Positions 27,212-37,069 of a DNA stretch of 64,000 bases are shown here, in pieces (the stretch's first letter is position 1; each line of letters begins with the position of its first letter). The position numbers were made by a program, and so were the translations under genes. The notes beneath the pieces are model-generated. The model was not told the DNA's origin and did no database searches. It saw nothing but the letters and a program-made list of their open reading frames with translations. This DNA comes from an uncultured Pelagibacteraceae bacterium (GTDB lineage Bacteria; Pseudomonadota; Alphaproteobacteria; Pelagibacterales; Pelagibacteraceae): the NCBI GenBank assembly GCA_902584685.1, contig CACIAP010000003.1:18311-82310 (forward strand), read 5' to 3'.

Positions 27212-29287
27212 TTAAATTTTTTTTGCAATCTTACATATGAAGGCGTAGTCAAAAGCTATCTCTTCAATAATTCCATCGCGACCAGATTTACCTCCATGAC
27301 CTGCATTCATTTCAGTTTTTAAAAGTAAAAGATTATTATCGGTTTTATTATCTCTTAACTTTGCGGTAAATTTTAGAGGTTCATCAAATAAAACTCTATT
27401 GTCACTGAGGCTTGTAGTAATTAAAATGTTTGGATAATCCATTTTTTTTATGTTGTTGTACGGCGCGTATGAATAAATATATTCAAAGTGTTCCTTGTTT
27501 TCTTTTGCATTTCCAAATTCATCAAATTCTCCAATCGTCAAAGGCAATGAGTGATCAAGATTAGTTGTCAAACTATCAACAAAAGGAACAGCCATAATCA
27601 TACCTAAAAAAAGATCTGGTTTTTCATTAACTACCGCTCCCATCAGCAATCCACCAGCTGATCCCCCCATACCAATAATTTTTTTCTTTGAAGTATATTT
27701 TTTATCAATTAAAAATTTTGCACACGAAATATAGTCTTGAAAAGTATTCTTCTTGTTTAATAATTTTCCTTCTTTCCACCACTTCATACCTCTTTCCATT
27801 CCTCCTCTAATATGGGCTGTTGCCCAAATAATATCTCTATTGATTAAGCTTAATCTGGTAGAGGAAAATGATGGCCACATTGAATTTCCATAAGAACCAT
27901 ATCCATACAAAAGCAAGTTTGAATTTCCATCGAGTTTTGTAGTTTTTTTTCTTGTAATAGTGATTGGAATTATTCTTCCATCATGTCCTACGCACTCAAG
28001 CCTTTCAACAATATAATCATTTGAATTATGACCTGATGGAATTATTTGTTCCTTGACAAGTTTTTTTTCTTTGGTTTTTAGGTTGTAAGTAAAAGTTCTA
28101 GATGGAGTTTTTGGAGTAGAGTAGGAAATATATATATCATCGGTGTCACGATCTCTCTGCATAAGAGAAACAGATGAATCGTAAACAGTTTCTTCAGTAA
28201 AGATTATTTCTTCCTCCTCATTTGTTTTAAGATTTTTGACATAAATTTTATCAAGTGCATTCCTAAGCTCAGATCTGATTTGCCAGTTATTCAGGAATGT
28301 TAAATTTCCAATCATGGTTTCTGATTGGCTTGGAATATAAGTTTCCCATACTTTAGTTTCAATATTATTTGAAATTAAAATTTTAAAATCCTCAGCATCC
28401 TCATTTGTGTGCATGTAAAAATTTCCACCCCATGAATTCACACTGTAAATTATCCCCTTTTTTCTTTGTTGAATAAGTTTAGGCTCAGGTTTTTTTTCAT
28501 ATATACCAAAGTAATACTTCTCTGATGTGTTGTGATCTGAGCTATTTATAAAATAATACTTTTCATCAGAACTAATACCTATACTAACCGTAAAAGCTTT
28601 TGTTTTTTCCTCAAATATAAGTAGATCTTCATTAACAGATGATCCAATTTGATGTCTGAAAATTGATCTTGGTCTGTGATTTTCATCCAACTTTGAATAA
28701 AATATATATTGGTCATCAAGACTAAAATTTATTGAGCCAGATGTATTTTCAATTTTTTCAGTAACTAACTTACCAGTTTTAATATCTCTGACATAAATTG
28801 TGAAATATTCTGAACCTTTTAAATCTAAAGAGTATGCAAGAAATTTATCATTATAACTTACTTCAAGATCGCCAATCCCAAAATACTCAGTCTTCAGTTT
28901 ACTTTTTTCTTTATCACCATTCCAAATTTCCTCAACTTCATCAGTTCCAATTTTCTTTCGGCATTTAATTGAGTAGTTTCCTTTTTTAGTTGTTTTCGTC
29001 CAATATTCATAATTTTTGTCTTTGAAAGGAAGAGACTCATCATCTAACTTAATTCTTCCTTTGATTTCATTAAATAAAGTTTTTTGGAATTCTTTGGTAT
29101 CTTTTAAGTGAAACTCAGTATACTTATTTTCCTCTTCTAAATACTTTCTTACCTCTGGTAAAAGCTTTGAACTGTCTTTCAAAACCTCCAATATATTTTT
29201 TTGGTGAACCCAGCTATAATCGTCTGTCCAGGTGACGTTATGACAGGATTTTGTTTCTGATTTTTTTGAAAGTTGTGGTATTTTCAT
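27212..29287 (-). CDS. ptrB: Oligopeptidase B (S9A)
   Basis: DDYSW, YGYGSYG, HIRGG, GGSAGG (catalytic Ser), DNRV (Asp), AGHGG (His). Confidence 0.93.
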   Translation of the reverse strand: MKIPQLSKKSETKSCHNVTWTDDYSWVHQKNILEVLKDSSKLLPEVRKYLEEENKYTEFHLKDTKEFQKTLFNEIKGRIKLDDESLPFKDKNYEYWTKTTKKGNYSIKCRKKIGTDEVEEIWNGDKEKSKLKTEYFGIGDLEVSYNDKFLAYSLDLKGSEYFTIYVRDIKTGKLVTEKIENTSGSINFSLDDQYIFYSKLDENHRPRSIFRHQIGSSVNEDLLIFEEKTKAFTVSIGISSDEKYYFINSSDHNTSEKYYFGIYEKKPEPKLIQQRKKGIIYSVNSWGGNFYMHTNEDAEDFKILISNNIETKVWETYIPSQSETMIGNLTFLNNWQIRSELRNALDKIYVKNLKTNEEEEIIFTEETVYDSSVSLMQRDRDTDDIYISYSTPKTPSRTFTYNLKTKEKKLVKEQIIPSGHNSNDYIVERLECVGHDGRIIPITITRKKTTKLDGNSNLLLYGYGSYGNSMWPSFSSTRLSLINRDIIWATAHIRGGMERGMKWWKEGKLLNKKNTFQDYISCAKFLIDKKYTSKKKIIGMGGSAGGLLMGAVVNEKPDLFLGMIMAVPFVDSLTTNLDHSLPLTIGEFDEFGNAKENKEHFEYIYSYAPYNNIKKMDYPNILITTSLSDNRVLFDEPLKFTAKLRDNKTDNNLLLLKTEMNAGHGGKSGRDGIIEEIAFDYAFICKIAKKI

Positions 29288-29300
29288 AATAACTATTTAC

Positions 29301-29807
29301 ATGAATTTTTTTTTTATAACACTTGTTATTTTTGTCGTAATATATTTGATATTAAATTGGTTTGCTAAAACCTCGAGTAGAAAAATTTCAAAGTTTATTA
29401 GATCATTTGTAATTATCTTATCTATTGTTCTTGCAATTGCCATGGTAGTTGCAGGTAGATATATATTTTCACTACCTTTTTTACTTATGGTGCTTCCTAT
29501 ATTAAAAACAAAAGCTGGTTTTACCCTTTTTCAATTATTTAGGTTCTGGGGGTTATTAAACGTTCTAAAAAATTCTGGAAGATTTAATTTCAATAATTTT
29601 AATAAAAATCTCAATACTAGCGAGATTACGCTGGATGAGGCGTACAAAATTCTTAATCTTGATCCAAAAAAAAAATACTCAAAAGATGAAATTTTAAATT
29701 CTTATAAAAAGATAATGAAAAAAATTCATCCAGACATTAGCCCTGAATTGACTAGATTAGCTTCAATTGTCAATGAGGCTAAGGACGTTGTTTTAAGAAA
29801 CATTTGA
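29301..29807 (+). CDS. Membrane-anchored J-domain protein (Tim14/Pam18-like)
   Basis: N-terminal TM segments; short C-terminal J domain LDEAYKILNL...YKKIMKKIHPD...VNEAKD. Confidence 0.85.
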   Translation: MNFFFITLVIFVVIYLILNWFAKTSSRKISKFIRSFVIILSIVLAIAMVVAGRYIFSLPFLLMVLPILKTKAGFTLFQLFRFWGLLNVLKNSGRFNFNNFNKNLNTSEITLDEAYKILNLDPKKKYSKDEILNSYKKIMKKIHPDISPELTRLASIVNEAKDVVLRNI

Positions 29808-30761
29808 CAAAATTTCGTCCAGTTTTTTTTGAATTTCTGAGGGACTTATCTTATCTTTTCCTAAAGTATCATGGCTAACTGTGTTCACTCCTTCAGGAAG
29901 TATAGGGTGCATCAGAGAACTGTAGCTTCCGTAAACTAAGGGTGTATCAGCCATAAGTACAATTGTAGGAATATTTAAAGCAGCAGATAAATGGCTGAAA
30001 CTTGAGTCATTACATATTGCAATATTACAATTTTTAATAATAGGAATTATTTTACTGATATTTAAATTATTCAATGGTATGCAAAATTCTTTTAAGTCTG
30101 ATTTTGTAATTTGATCTAAAATTTCAATTTCCTCCTTTGTACTCCCTGTTGCAATAAAAAATTTACATTTCCTTTTTTTTAACGTGTTTTTCATTACTTC
30201 TATAAATATTTTTGAGGGAACTCTTTTTGTTTCACCTGACCCACCTGTGCCAAGAACAATATTAATTTCATCATTATTAATCGAGTAATCTTTCTTTGCT
30301 TGTGCAAGACTGTCTGGCTTAGGATTTATAACAGGGTTTTCTTTGACATCAATTTTTAAAGTATCTCTTAAAAATTTTTTAGCGGTTTCAATGATATGCT
30401 GATTCTTTTTTCTAAGAAGTTTGTAACTGTTGATATCTTTTATCCCACCCATTTTTGCTGCTATATAAAATCTAAGTGAAGAATTAAAAATAAAAACTTT
30501 ATCAAATTTTTTATCTTTAAAATCATTTATAAGATTAAAGAACCCTTTAATACCGGCATGTCTTCTTTCAACTTCACTTCTTTCAAGATAAATAATTTCT
30601 TTAATATATTTTTCTTCGTTTAAATATTCTGAGGCTTTAGTGTTTTTTTTAACCATTAAAGAAACTTGTTCCCCATAATAATTCGAAATTGCTTTAACGA
30701 AAGGTAGAAACATAATCATATCCCCAATTCCCATTCGATTTTGAATAACGAGTATTTTCAT
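29793..30761 (-). CDS. Glycosyltransferase family 9 (LPS heptosyltransferase-like)
   Basis: MKILVIQ..GIGDMI and CNDSSFSHLSAALNIPTIVL. Confidence 0.88.
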   Translation of the reverse strand: MKILVIQNRMGIGDMIMFLPFVKAISNYYGEQVSLMVKKNTKASEYLNEEKYIKEIIYLERSEVERRHAGIKGFFNLINDFKDKKFDKVFIFNSSLRFYIAAKMGGIKDINSYKLLRKKNQHIIETAKKFLRDTLKIDVKENPVINPKPDSLAQAKKDYSINNDEINIVLGTGGSGETKRVPSKIFIEVMKNTLKKRKCKFFIATGSTKEEIEILDQITKSDLKEFCIPLNNLNISKIIPIIKNCNIAICNDSSFSHLSAALNIPTIVLMADTPLVYGSYSSLMHPILPEGVNTVSHDTLGKDKISPSEIQKKLDEILSNVS

Positions 30762-30809
30762 AGATTCTTTGTATCTTTACTAAAAAAAAAATATTAGTTA
30801 AATTTAATT

Positions 30810-31697
30810 ATGGGAGAAATAAAAGGCATTTATGCGGCGGCTGTCTCTATATTAAATAATGATTTATCATTAGATGTAAACAAAACAGTAAAACACTGTG
30901 AAAATATTATAAATGATGGTTGTCATGGAGTTGTTTTATTTGGTAGCACTGGTCAATCACAGTTAATACCTCTTAATGAAAAAATTGAGATGATTAATTT
31001 TGTCTCAAAAAACGACAAAATTAAAGATAAGTTGATTATTGGAACTGGACTAAATTCACTAGTAGAAAATATAAATTTTTTAAAGTTATCTTTGAATATT
31101 GGTCTAAATAAATTTTTAATTATGCCTCCAGCCTACTATAACTATGGAGATAAAGAGGTAATAGAATATTATACAAAATTAATTAAATCTGTTCCTGATG
31201 CAAAAATAATTCTTTATAACTTTGAAAAACTTTGTGGATATAAATTTTCTGTTGAGTGTGTTGAAAATTTAGCAGCTAGATTTCCCAAAAATATAATTGG
31301 TGTAAAAGACAGCTCATACAATCTTATGGGAAATCTTAATATCAAAAATTTCTCTATTTTACCAGGATCAGAATTAAAATTACTAAGTGGGCTTAAGAAA
31401 GATTGTTCTGGAATAATAACAGCCACATGTAATGTTACCGCCAAACTTGCGAGAAAAGTTTTTGATGACTTTGAACAAAACAAAGAGCAAACTGTAAATG
31501 ATAAACTGTGCGAAGTTAGAAAAACTTTCGATCAGTTTAATTTAATATCAGGTTTACATTCATTTCTAAGTTTAACCGATAAACAGTTTTTAAATATATT
31601 ACCCACATGTTCCCTGCTAAATAAAAAGGATGAGAAAACACTCATAGATAAACTTAAAGATTTAGGCTTTTTAGGAAAGGATTTTAAAGCTGCATAA
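30810..31697 (+). CDS. DapA-family (NAL/DHDPS superfamily) aldolase/lyase of unknown substrate
   Basis: GSTGQ, PPAYY, LYN, Schiff-base GVKDSS. Confidence 0.85.
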   Translation: MGEIKGIYAAAVSILNNDLSLDVNKTVKHCENIINDGCHGVVLFGSTGQSQLIPLNEKIEMINFVSKNDKIKDKLIIGTGLNSLVENINFLKLSLNIGLNKFLIMPPAYYNYGDKEVIEYYTKLIKSVPDAKIILYNFEKLCGYKFSVECVENLAARFPKNIIGVKDSSYNLMGNLNIKNFSILPGSELKLLSGLKKDCSGIITATCNVTAKLARKVFDDFEQNKEQTVNDKLCEVRKTFDQFNLISGLHSFLSLTDKQFLNILPTCSLLNKKDEKTLIDKLKDLGFLGKDFKAA

Positions 31698-31698
31698 G

Positions 31699-32886
31699 AT
31701 GAAACTAGTTAATTTTTTAAATGATCTATTTAAAGAAGACGGATTTAGATTAATTGATGCGAATAAAAGAGAATATTTAATTGGAAAACCCAAGAAAAAA
31801 AATCCTATTATCTTGGAACTACTAGACTCATCTATGCATTACAAACTTTTGCTTCTTCCTGAATTATACTTAGGAGAAGGTTATATGGATGGTAAAATTA
31901 AGATTCACAATGGTACTATCACAGAATTTTTAGAAATTACTTTAAAAAATCTTGGAAAACGACATCCAAATAATTTGAGCAAGATGGTAAATAAAATATT
32001 AGGCACATATAAATATTTGACCAATTTTAATTTCGCAAAACAATCAAAAAAAAATGTAGCTCATCATTATGACATATCAGAAAAACTTTACGATTTATTT
32101 TTAGATAAAAAAAGACAATATTCTTGTGCTTATTTTAAAAATGATAATGACTCTTTGGAAGCTGCGCAAAATAATAAAATTGATCACGTAATTAAGAAAT
32201 TAGACATTAAGGATAATCAAACTGTTCTTGATATTGGTTCAGGGTGGGGCGGAATGGCATTAGAAATTGCCAAAAAAACAAAAGCCAGAGTCCTTGGTAT
32301 AACTTTATCAGAAAACCAACTCAAGTATAGCAGACAAAAAGCGAAGGAAATGAATCTTGAAAACCAAGTAGAGTTCAAACTAATTGATTACAGAGAATTA
32401 AAATCAAAATTTGATAGAATTGTAAGTGTTGGTATGTTGGAACATGTTGGAAAAAAATTTTATAAAAAATACTTTAAATGTGTCCACGATCTTTTAAACG
32501 AAAATGGAGCTGCATTAATTCATACAATTGGATCTATCGATAAGCCTAGAGATCCTCAACCTTGGATTTCTAAATACATTTTTCCAGGTGGCTACACACC
32601 CAGTTTGAGCGAAATTGCAAGACCGATAGAGGACTCAAACTTAATTCTAAATGATTTAGAGGTTTTAAGGTTACATTACGCACATACTTTAAAAAATTGG
32701 AGAGAACGATTTCTTAATAAAAAAGATAAAGTATTAGAAATGTTTGATGAAAGATTTTTTAGAATGTGGGAATTTTATTTAGCCAGTTGTGAGATGGCTT
32801 TCAAATGGGGAGATCAGGTTGTATTTCAATTACAATTGAGCAAGAATAAAACAACAATACCACCTACAAGAGACTATATTTATTAA
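31699..32886 (+). CDS. cfa: Cyclopropane-fatty-acyl-phospholipid synthase family methyltransferase
   Basis: NVAHHYD, QYSCAYF, LDIGSGWGG, SVGMLEHVG, KYIFPGG, RMWEFYLASCE. Confidence 0.92.
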   Translation: MKLVNFLNDLFKEDGFRLIDANKREYLIGKPKKKNPIILELLDSSMHYKLLLLPELYLGEGYMDGKIKIHNGTITEFLEITLKNLGKRHPNNLSKMVNKILGTYKYLTNFNFAKQSKKNVAHHYDISEKLYDLFLDKKRQYSCAYFKNDNDSLEAAQNNKIDHVIKKLDIKDNQTVLDIGSGWGGMALEIAKKTKARVLGITLSENQLKYSRQKAKEMNLENQVEFKLIDYRELKSKFDRIVSVGMLEHVGKKFYKKYFKCVHDLLNENGAALIHTIGSIDKPRDPQPWISKYIFPGGYTPSLSEIARPIEDSNLILNDLEVLRLHYAHTLKNWRERFLNKKDKVLEMFDERFFRMWEFYLASCEMAFKWGDQVVFQLQLSKNKTTIPPTRDYIY

Positions 32887-32915
32887 TAAATTACTGATAA
32901 TTTTGAAATCTCCTG

Positions 32916-34070
32916 ATGAAAAAAAATAAAAAAAGAAAAAAAAAGATCATAAAGAAAAAAAAATCCCAAAAAAAAGCCAAAAGAAGTTTTAAGCGAGCCA
33001 AAATAAGAAAAAAGAGCAAAAAAAAAATAAAAAAAATCACAAAAAAAAGGTCTTTAAAACAGACGGGTTTTTTAGCAAAATTCATTTTTTTACAAGAAAA
33101 TATAAAAAGTAAACTACGTTTCAAAATTAATTTTAATCCTGAAAAAAAAATTCAAGGTTTTTTTGATTTTATTGAAAAGAAAATTGTTGATACCAGGAAG
33201 TTAATTATTGAAGAAAAGCAGAAGTTTAGGATACGAGAGGTTGAGAAGGAAAGACAACAAAAGAGGGAAGCGGAAAAAGCAAAAATAGACCTCTTAAAAA
33301 AACAGGTTGAGCTTAAAAAAACTGAGTTAAAAGAGGAAAAACAGCTGCAAATAGAGAGAGCAAGAGATCTTAAGAAATTTTTAAGAAAAGAGCAGGCACT
33401 TTTAAGAGAAGAGCAAGCTGAGGTTCAAAGAAAGTTTCTTGAGGAAATTAAGATAGAAAAACAAATTGAAAAATTTAGAATAAGAGAGGTAAAAGAGTTA
33501 GAAAATCTGGAGCGAATTTCATTAAAAGAAAAAAGAGACGATTATAGCGAAATCCAAGAGAGAATAGATAAGTTAAAAGAAAAATATAGGCTAATTAGAG
33601 ATCAAAAAATTCGCGAGCGATTAGAAGCGTTAGGAATAAAAACTTTAGATGAAGATGATAGAGAAACTTTATTAAAAAAAGAAAAAAATTATATTGCTGC
33701 CAGACAACTAGTAGAAACATCTTTAGAGAGCTTTTATAGAAGTGCCTCAAGTTTAGTTTTTCAATTAAACAAAAGACATCTAACAAGGGACATGTCTATA
33801 TTCAGATGTATTGATAGAAGGTTTGAAACAGGTGAGATATTTATAAAGTGGGACGAGTCTAATGATGATGAATGGCTTATACTGATTTATATAAAAGATA
33901 ATTCACCAGAGGGAAAAATAATTATTGAAGATAAATGCAATCATGAAAAATATTTTTCAGATGAATATCAGTCAAATGAAATATTTAAGGCATCGGATAA
34001 AATGGTAGACTCACTCACTCAACTTTTGTATCGTGAGCGGAGTAAGAATGTTAATCAATCACTTACGTAA
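32916..34070 (+). CDS. Hypothetical protein: Lys/Arg-rich N-terminus, long E/K/R coiled coil, globular C-terminus
   Basis: 384-aa ORF filling the gap between cfa and the ScfR-family regulator; no recognised family motif. Confidence 0.75.
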   Translation: MKKNKKRKKKIIKKKKSQKKAKRSFKRAKIRKKSKKKIKKITKKRSLKQTGFLAKFIFLQENIKSKLRFKINFNPEKKIQGFFDFIEKKIVDTRKLIIEEKQKFRIREVEKERQQKREAEKAKIDLLKKQVELKKTELKEEKQLQIERARDLKKFLRKEQALLREEQAEVQRKFLEEIKIEKQIEKFRIREVKELENLERISLKEKRDDYSEIQERIDKLKEKYRLIRDQKIRERLEALGIKTLDEDDRETLLKKEKNYIAARQLVETSLESFYRSASSLVFQLNKRHLTRDMSIFRCIDRRFETGEIFIKWDESNDDEWLILIYIKDNSPEGKIIIEDKCNHEKYFSDEYQSNEIFKASDKMVDSLTQLLYRERSKNVNQSLT

Positions 34071-35479
34071 ACAGACACACCTCTAGCATTTACATCAACG
34101 TCAAATTTTTTGTGAAGCGGAGGGAAAGCTCTTTGTGAACAATCAAGTCTATCACAAGTTCTGCAGGATACACCAATTGGAATTTCCGTTTTTTTGTCAC
34201 TTAAACTTAAATTTTCAGTGTAAACGAAATCCTTGGCATACTTGGCTTCGCAACCTAGACCTATTGAAAGCATACTTTTTTTTTGTCCGTATCTTCCAAC
34301 ACCTTTTTCAACAGTTCTTGCAATACAAACATATTTTTCTCCATTTGTCATTTTACTTACAGCTGCTTGTATGACACCAGGTCTTGAAAATGCGGAATAA
34401 ACGTTCCATCTCGGGCAAGCTCCTCCGTATCTTGGAATTTCTATACCAGACAAAGAAAACCTTTTTGAGATGTTCCCGGCAACATCTACCCTTAAAAAAT
34501 GAAAGGGAATACCCGGTAACTTAGGATCCTGTAAACTTGTTACTCTATGTGCAACTTGTTCGAATGAAGTTGCAAAAGTATTTTGTAGCAATTCCAAGTC
34601 GTATTTCAATTTTTTACATTCAGAATGGAATAATTTGTAAGGCATCAAAATTGCTGCACCACAATAGTTTAATAAGGCGATTTGAGTGAGTCTTTTTGAT
34701 TCTTCAGTTGGAAATTTAAATTCAGATAAATAATCATTTATTTCTTTCATTGCTCCTTCCTGAGCTATTTGAGCCGCAGCGTGTAATTTCTTAGTTTCTA
34801 GTGAATTATAATCGCTTAACAAAAGTTCTTTTTTATTTTTATTAAAAATTTTTGAAAACGGCTTACCCTCATCAGGAATTACATCTTTTACTGTAATAGA
34901 ATATTCTGTTTTTAAAAACTCACACAATGCAACGTATCTTGTACGATTATTCTTTTGAACTTTTTCAAAAACATTATTTGCAAATTCCTCTAATTTTGGA
35001 AAATAATTTTTCTTTTCTTGTAAAAAATCAGAAATTACTTCACCAGGGAAAGCAGTCTTTCTGCTATCAATGATCTTTCCAGATAAATTTTCAACCTTGT
35101 TAATTATTTCATGATCTTTTTGTTTAAAATTGTCCCCTAATTTTATCAGAGCTTTTGCAATTTTTGGGTTTGTATTTACAAGGTCTTTAACCTCTGGTCC
35201 CACAATATCTAAATCTTCAAATAACTTATCGTCCAGCAATTCTGATATGTCGTTAACGAGGTTTAAGTCAGATTTATTGGTTAAATCTGAAAGCTCAATT
35301 TTTAATTCTTCACAAACTTTTAGTAATAAATCCCCGTCAATTTTTCTTTTTCCACTCTCAATTAAATTAAGATAGCTTGCAGAAATTCCTAATTGTTCTG
35401 CCAATTTATTCGCTTGAAGCCCTAATTGACGTCTAAATGACTTGATTTTTGGCCCTATTTTAAGATCAACTTGACTCAT
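34055..35479 (-). CDS. ramB: Short-chain fatty acyl-CoA regulator family (RamB/PrpR/PccR type), probably RamB
   Basis: XRE HTH (LGISASYLNLIESGKR), SFEQVAHR, RVDVAGNISKR, GGACP.W, C-terminal CRTCDRLDCSQRAFP Cys cluster; divergent from aceA. Confidence 0.88.
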   Translation of the reverse strand: MSQVDLKIGPKIKSFRRQLGLQANKLAEQLGISASYLNLIESGKRKIDGDLLLKVCEELKIELSDLTNKSDLNLVNDISELLDDKLFEDLDIVGPEVKDLVNTNPKIAKALIKLGDNFKQKDHEIINKVENLSGKIIDSRKTAFPGEVISDFLQEKKNYFPKLEEFANNVFEKVQKNNRTRYVALCEFLKTEYSITVKDVIPDEGKPFSKIFNKNKKELLLSDYNSLETKKLHAAAQIAQEGAMKEINDYLSEFKFPTEESKRLTQIALLNYCGAAILMPYKLFHSECKKLKYDLELLQNTFATSFEQVAHRVTSLQDPKLPGIPFHFLRVDVAGNISKRFSLSGIEIPRYGGACPRWNVYSAFSRPGVIQAAVSKMTNGEKYVCIARTVEKGVGRYGQKKSMLSIGLGCEAKYAKDFVYTENLSLSDKKTEIPIGVSCRTCDRLDCSQRAFPPLHKKFDVDVNARGVSVYVSD

Positions 35480-35487
35480 GTTTTCTA

Positions 35488-35591
35488 TTTGTAAACTTTG
35501 TAAATTATTATTTACAATAAATTTCTATATTTTACAAGGGTTTTATTTTATTCAATTGATTTTGTAAATTTTGTAAATTATAAGGTTTACA
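35488..35591. promoter_or_regulatory. Array of TTTGTAAA/TTTACA boxes (putative RamB operators) over divergent promoters
   Basis: TTTGTAAA at 35488, 35497, 35561 and 35570; inverted TTTACA(A) at 35511, 35531 and 35586; promoter TTGATT(35556)-N17-TATAAG(35579). Confidence 0.75.
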
Positions 35592-35752
35592 TGGACAACA
35601 AAAACAAAAAAAACTACTTAAAAAGCCAAGAAAATACATCAGAGAATATGCCCTCTAACAGTAACTCAGGTATTTATTTAAGAGATGATCACTGTGATTG
35701 GGGTTCTAGCGGGATGAACGAGTTCACACAAGAATTTGTTGAAAATAACTAA
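35591..35752 (+). CDS. Small hypothetical protein (53 aa) upstream of aceA
   Basis: Manual translation: MDNKNKKNYLKSQENTSENMPSNSNSGIYLRDDHCDWGSSGMNEFTQEFVENN. The ATG is 6 nt after a -10 hexamer; below the ORF-track size cutoff. Confidence 0.65.
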   Translation: MDNKNKKNYLKSQENTSENMPSNSNSGIYLRDDHCDWGSSGMNEFTQEFVENN

Positions 35753-35791
35753 TTTCGCTTAAATCTGATAACATCAACAAAGGGCAATTTA

Positions 35792-37069
35792 ATGGGTGCT
35801 GAAAAAAAGGTTTCTTACGACTTAAAAAGATTTGCGGGTATCAAAAGAGATTACAATCAAGACGACGTTGAGAGATTAAGAGGTTCAATAAAAATTGAAT
35901 ATTCAATATGTAAACAACAATCTACAAAATTGTGGAATTTATTAAATTCTGAGCCTTATGTTAATACACTAGGCTCTTTATCAGGCAATCATGCAGTTCA
36001 ACATGCAAAAGCAGGTTTAAAGGCAATTTATTTGAGTGGATGGCAAGTCGCAGCTGACGCTAATAGTGCTGGCGAAATGTATCCTGATCAATCACTCTAC
36101 CCATATGATAGTGCACCAAAATTGGTTGAGGCTATGAATAATGCTTTACTAAGAGCTGACCAAATTCAGCATATGGAAATTAAAGATGGTGATCAAAAGA
36201 AAGAGAAAAGAATAGATTACATGCTTCCAATAATTGCTGATGGAGAAGCTGGATTCGGGGGACCATTAAATGTTTTTGAATTGACTAAGAAATTTATAAG
36301 GGCTGGAGCAGCCGGGGTTCACTTTGAAGATCAATTAGCAAGTGAAAAAAAGTGTGGCCATATGGGCGGCAAAGTTTTAATACCAACAAGCCAAGCAGTA
36401 AAAAATTTAAAAGCAGCAAGGTTAGCAGCCGATATAGCTGATGTGCCTTTAATAATTCTCGCAAGAACAGATGCAAATGCAGCTAAACTTATTACAAACG
36501 ACCACGATGAAAACGACAGACCTTTCTTGACAGGCGAAAGATCTCCAGAGGGATTTTATTACGTTAAATCAGGAATTGATCAAGCAATTTCGAGAGGTCT
36601 CGCGTATGCACCATATTCAGATCTTATATGGTGTGAAACTGCAACACCAAATTTAGAGGAAGCGAAAAAATTTGCCGACGCTATTCACAAAAAATATCCT
36701 GGAAAATTACTAGCGTATAATTGCTCACCATCTTTCAACTGGAAAAAACATCTTTCCGATACTGAAATTGCAACCTTCCAGAAAAAAATTAGTGAGATGG
36801 GTTATAAATTTCAATTTATCACTTTGGCAGGTTTCCATACTCAAAATATTGCAATATTTGAATTAGCAGAAAAATACAAAGCAGAGGGTATGTCAGCTTA
36901 TTCAAGAATCCAAGAACGTGAATTTGCAAGGGAGAAAGATGGATATACTAGCGTCAAACACCAGAGGGAAGTAGGAACAACTTATTTCGATGCAGTTTCA
37001 AATACTATAAGTTCTGGAAAAAGCTCAACAACAGCAATGGAAGGATCAACCGAGTCCGAACAATTCTAA
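35792..37069 (+). CDS. aceA: Isocitrate lyase
   Basis: [25 protein letters not shown], catalytic [26 protein letters not shown]. Confidence 0.98.
   Translation: MGAEKKVSYDLKRFAGIKRDYNQDDVERLRGSIKIEYSICKQQSTKLWNLLNSEPYVNTLGSLSGNHAVQHAKAGLKAIYLSGWQVAADANSAGEMYPDQSLYPYDSAPKLVEAMNNALLRADQIQHMEIKDGDQKKEKRIDYMLPIIADGEAGFGGPLNVFELTKKFIRAGAAGVHFEDQLASEKKCGHMGGKVLIPTSQAVKNLKAARLAADIADVPLIILARTDANAAKLITNDHDENDRPFLTGERSPEGFYYVKSGIDQAISRGLAYAPYSDLIWCETATPNLEEAKKFADAIHKKYPGKLLAYNCSPSFNWKKHLSDTEIATFQKKISEMGYKFQFITLAGFHTQNIAIFELAEKYKAEGMSAYSRIQEREFAREKDGYTSVKHQREVGTTYFDAVSNTISSGKSSTTAMEGSTESEQF

Noticed and set aside
32891-33124. Phe-rich 77-aa minus-strand ORF resembling a membrane peptide
   Set aside because: It is the reverse complement of the poly-Lys (AAA) codons of the + strand gene.
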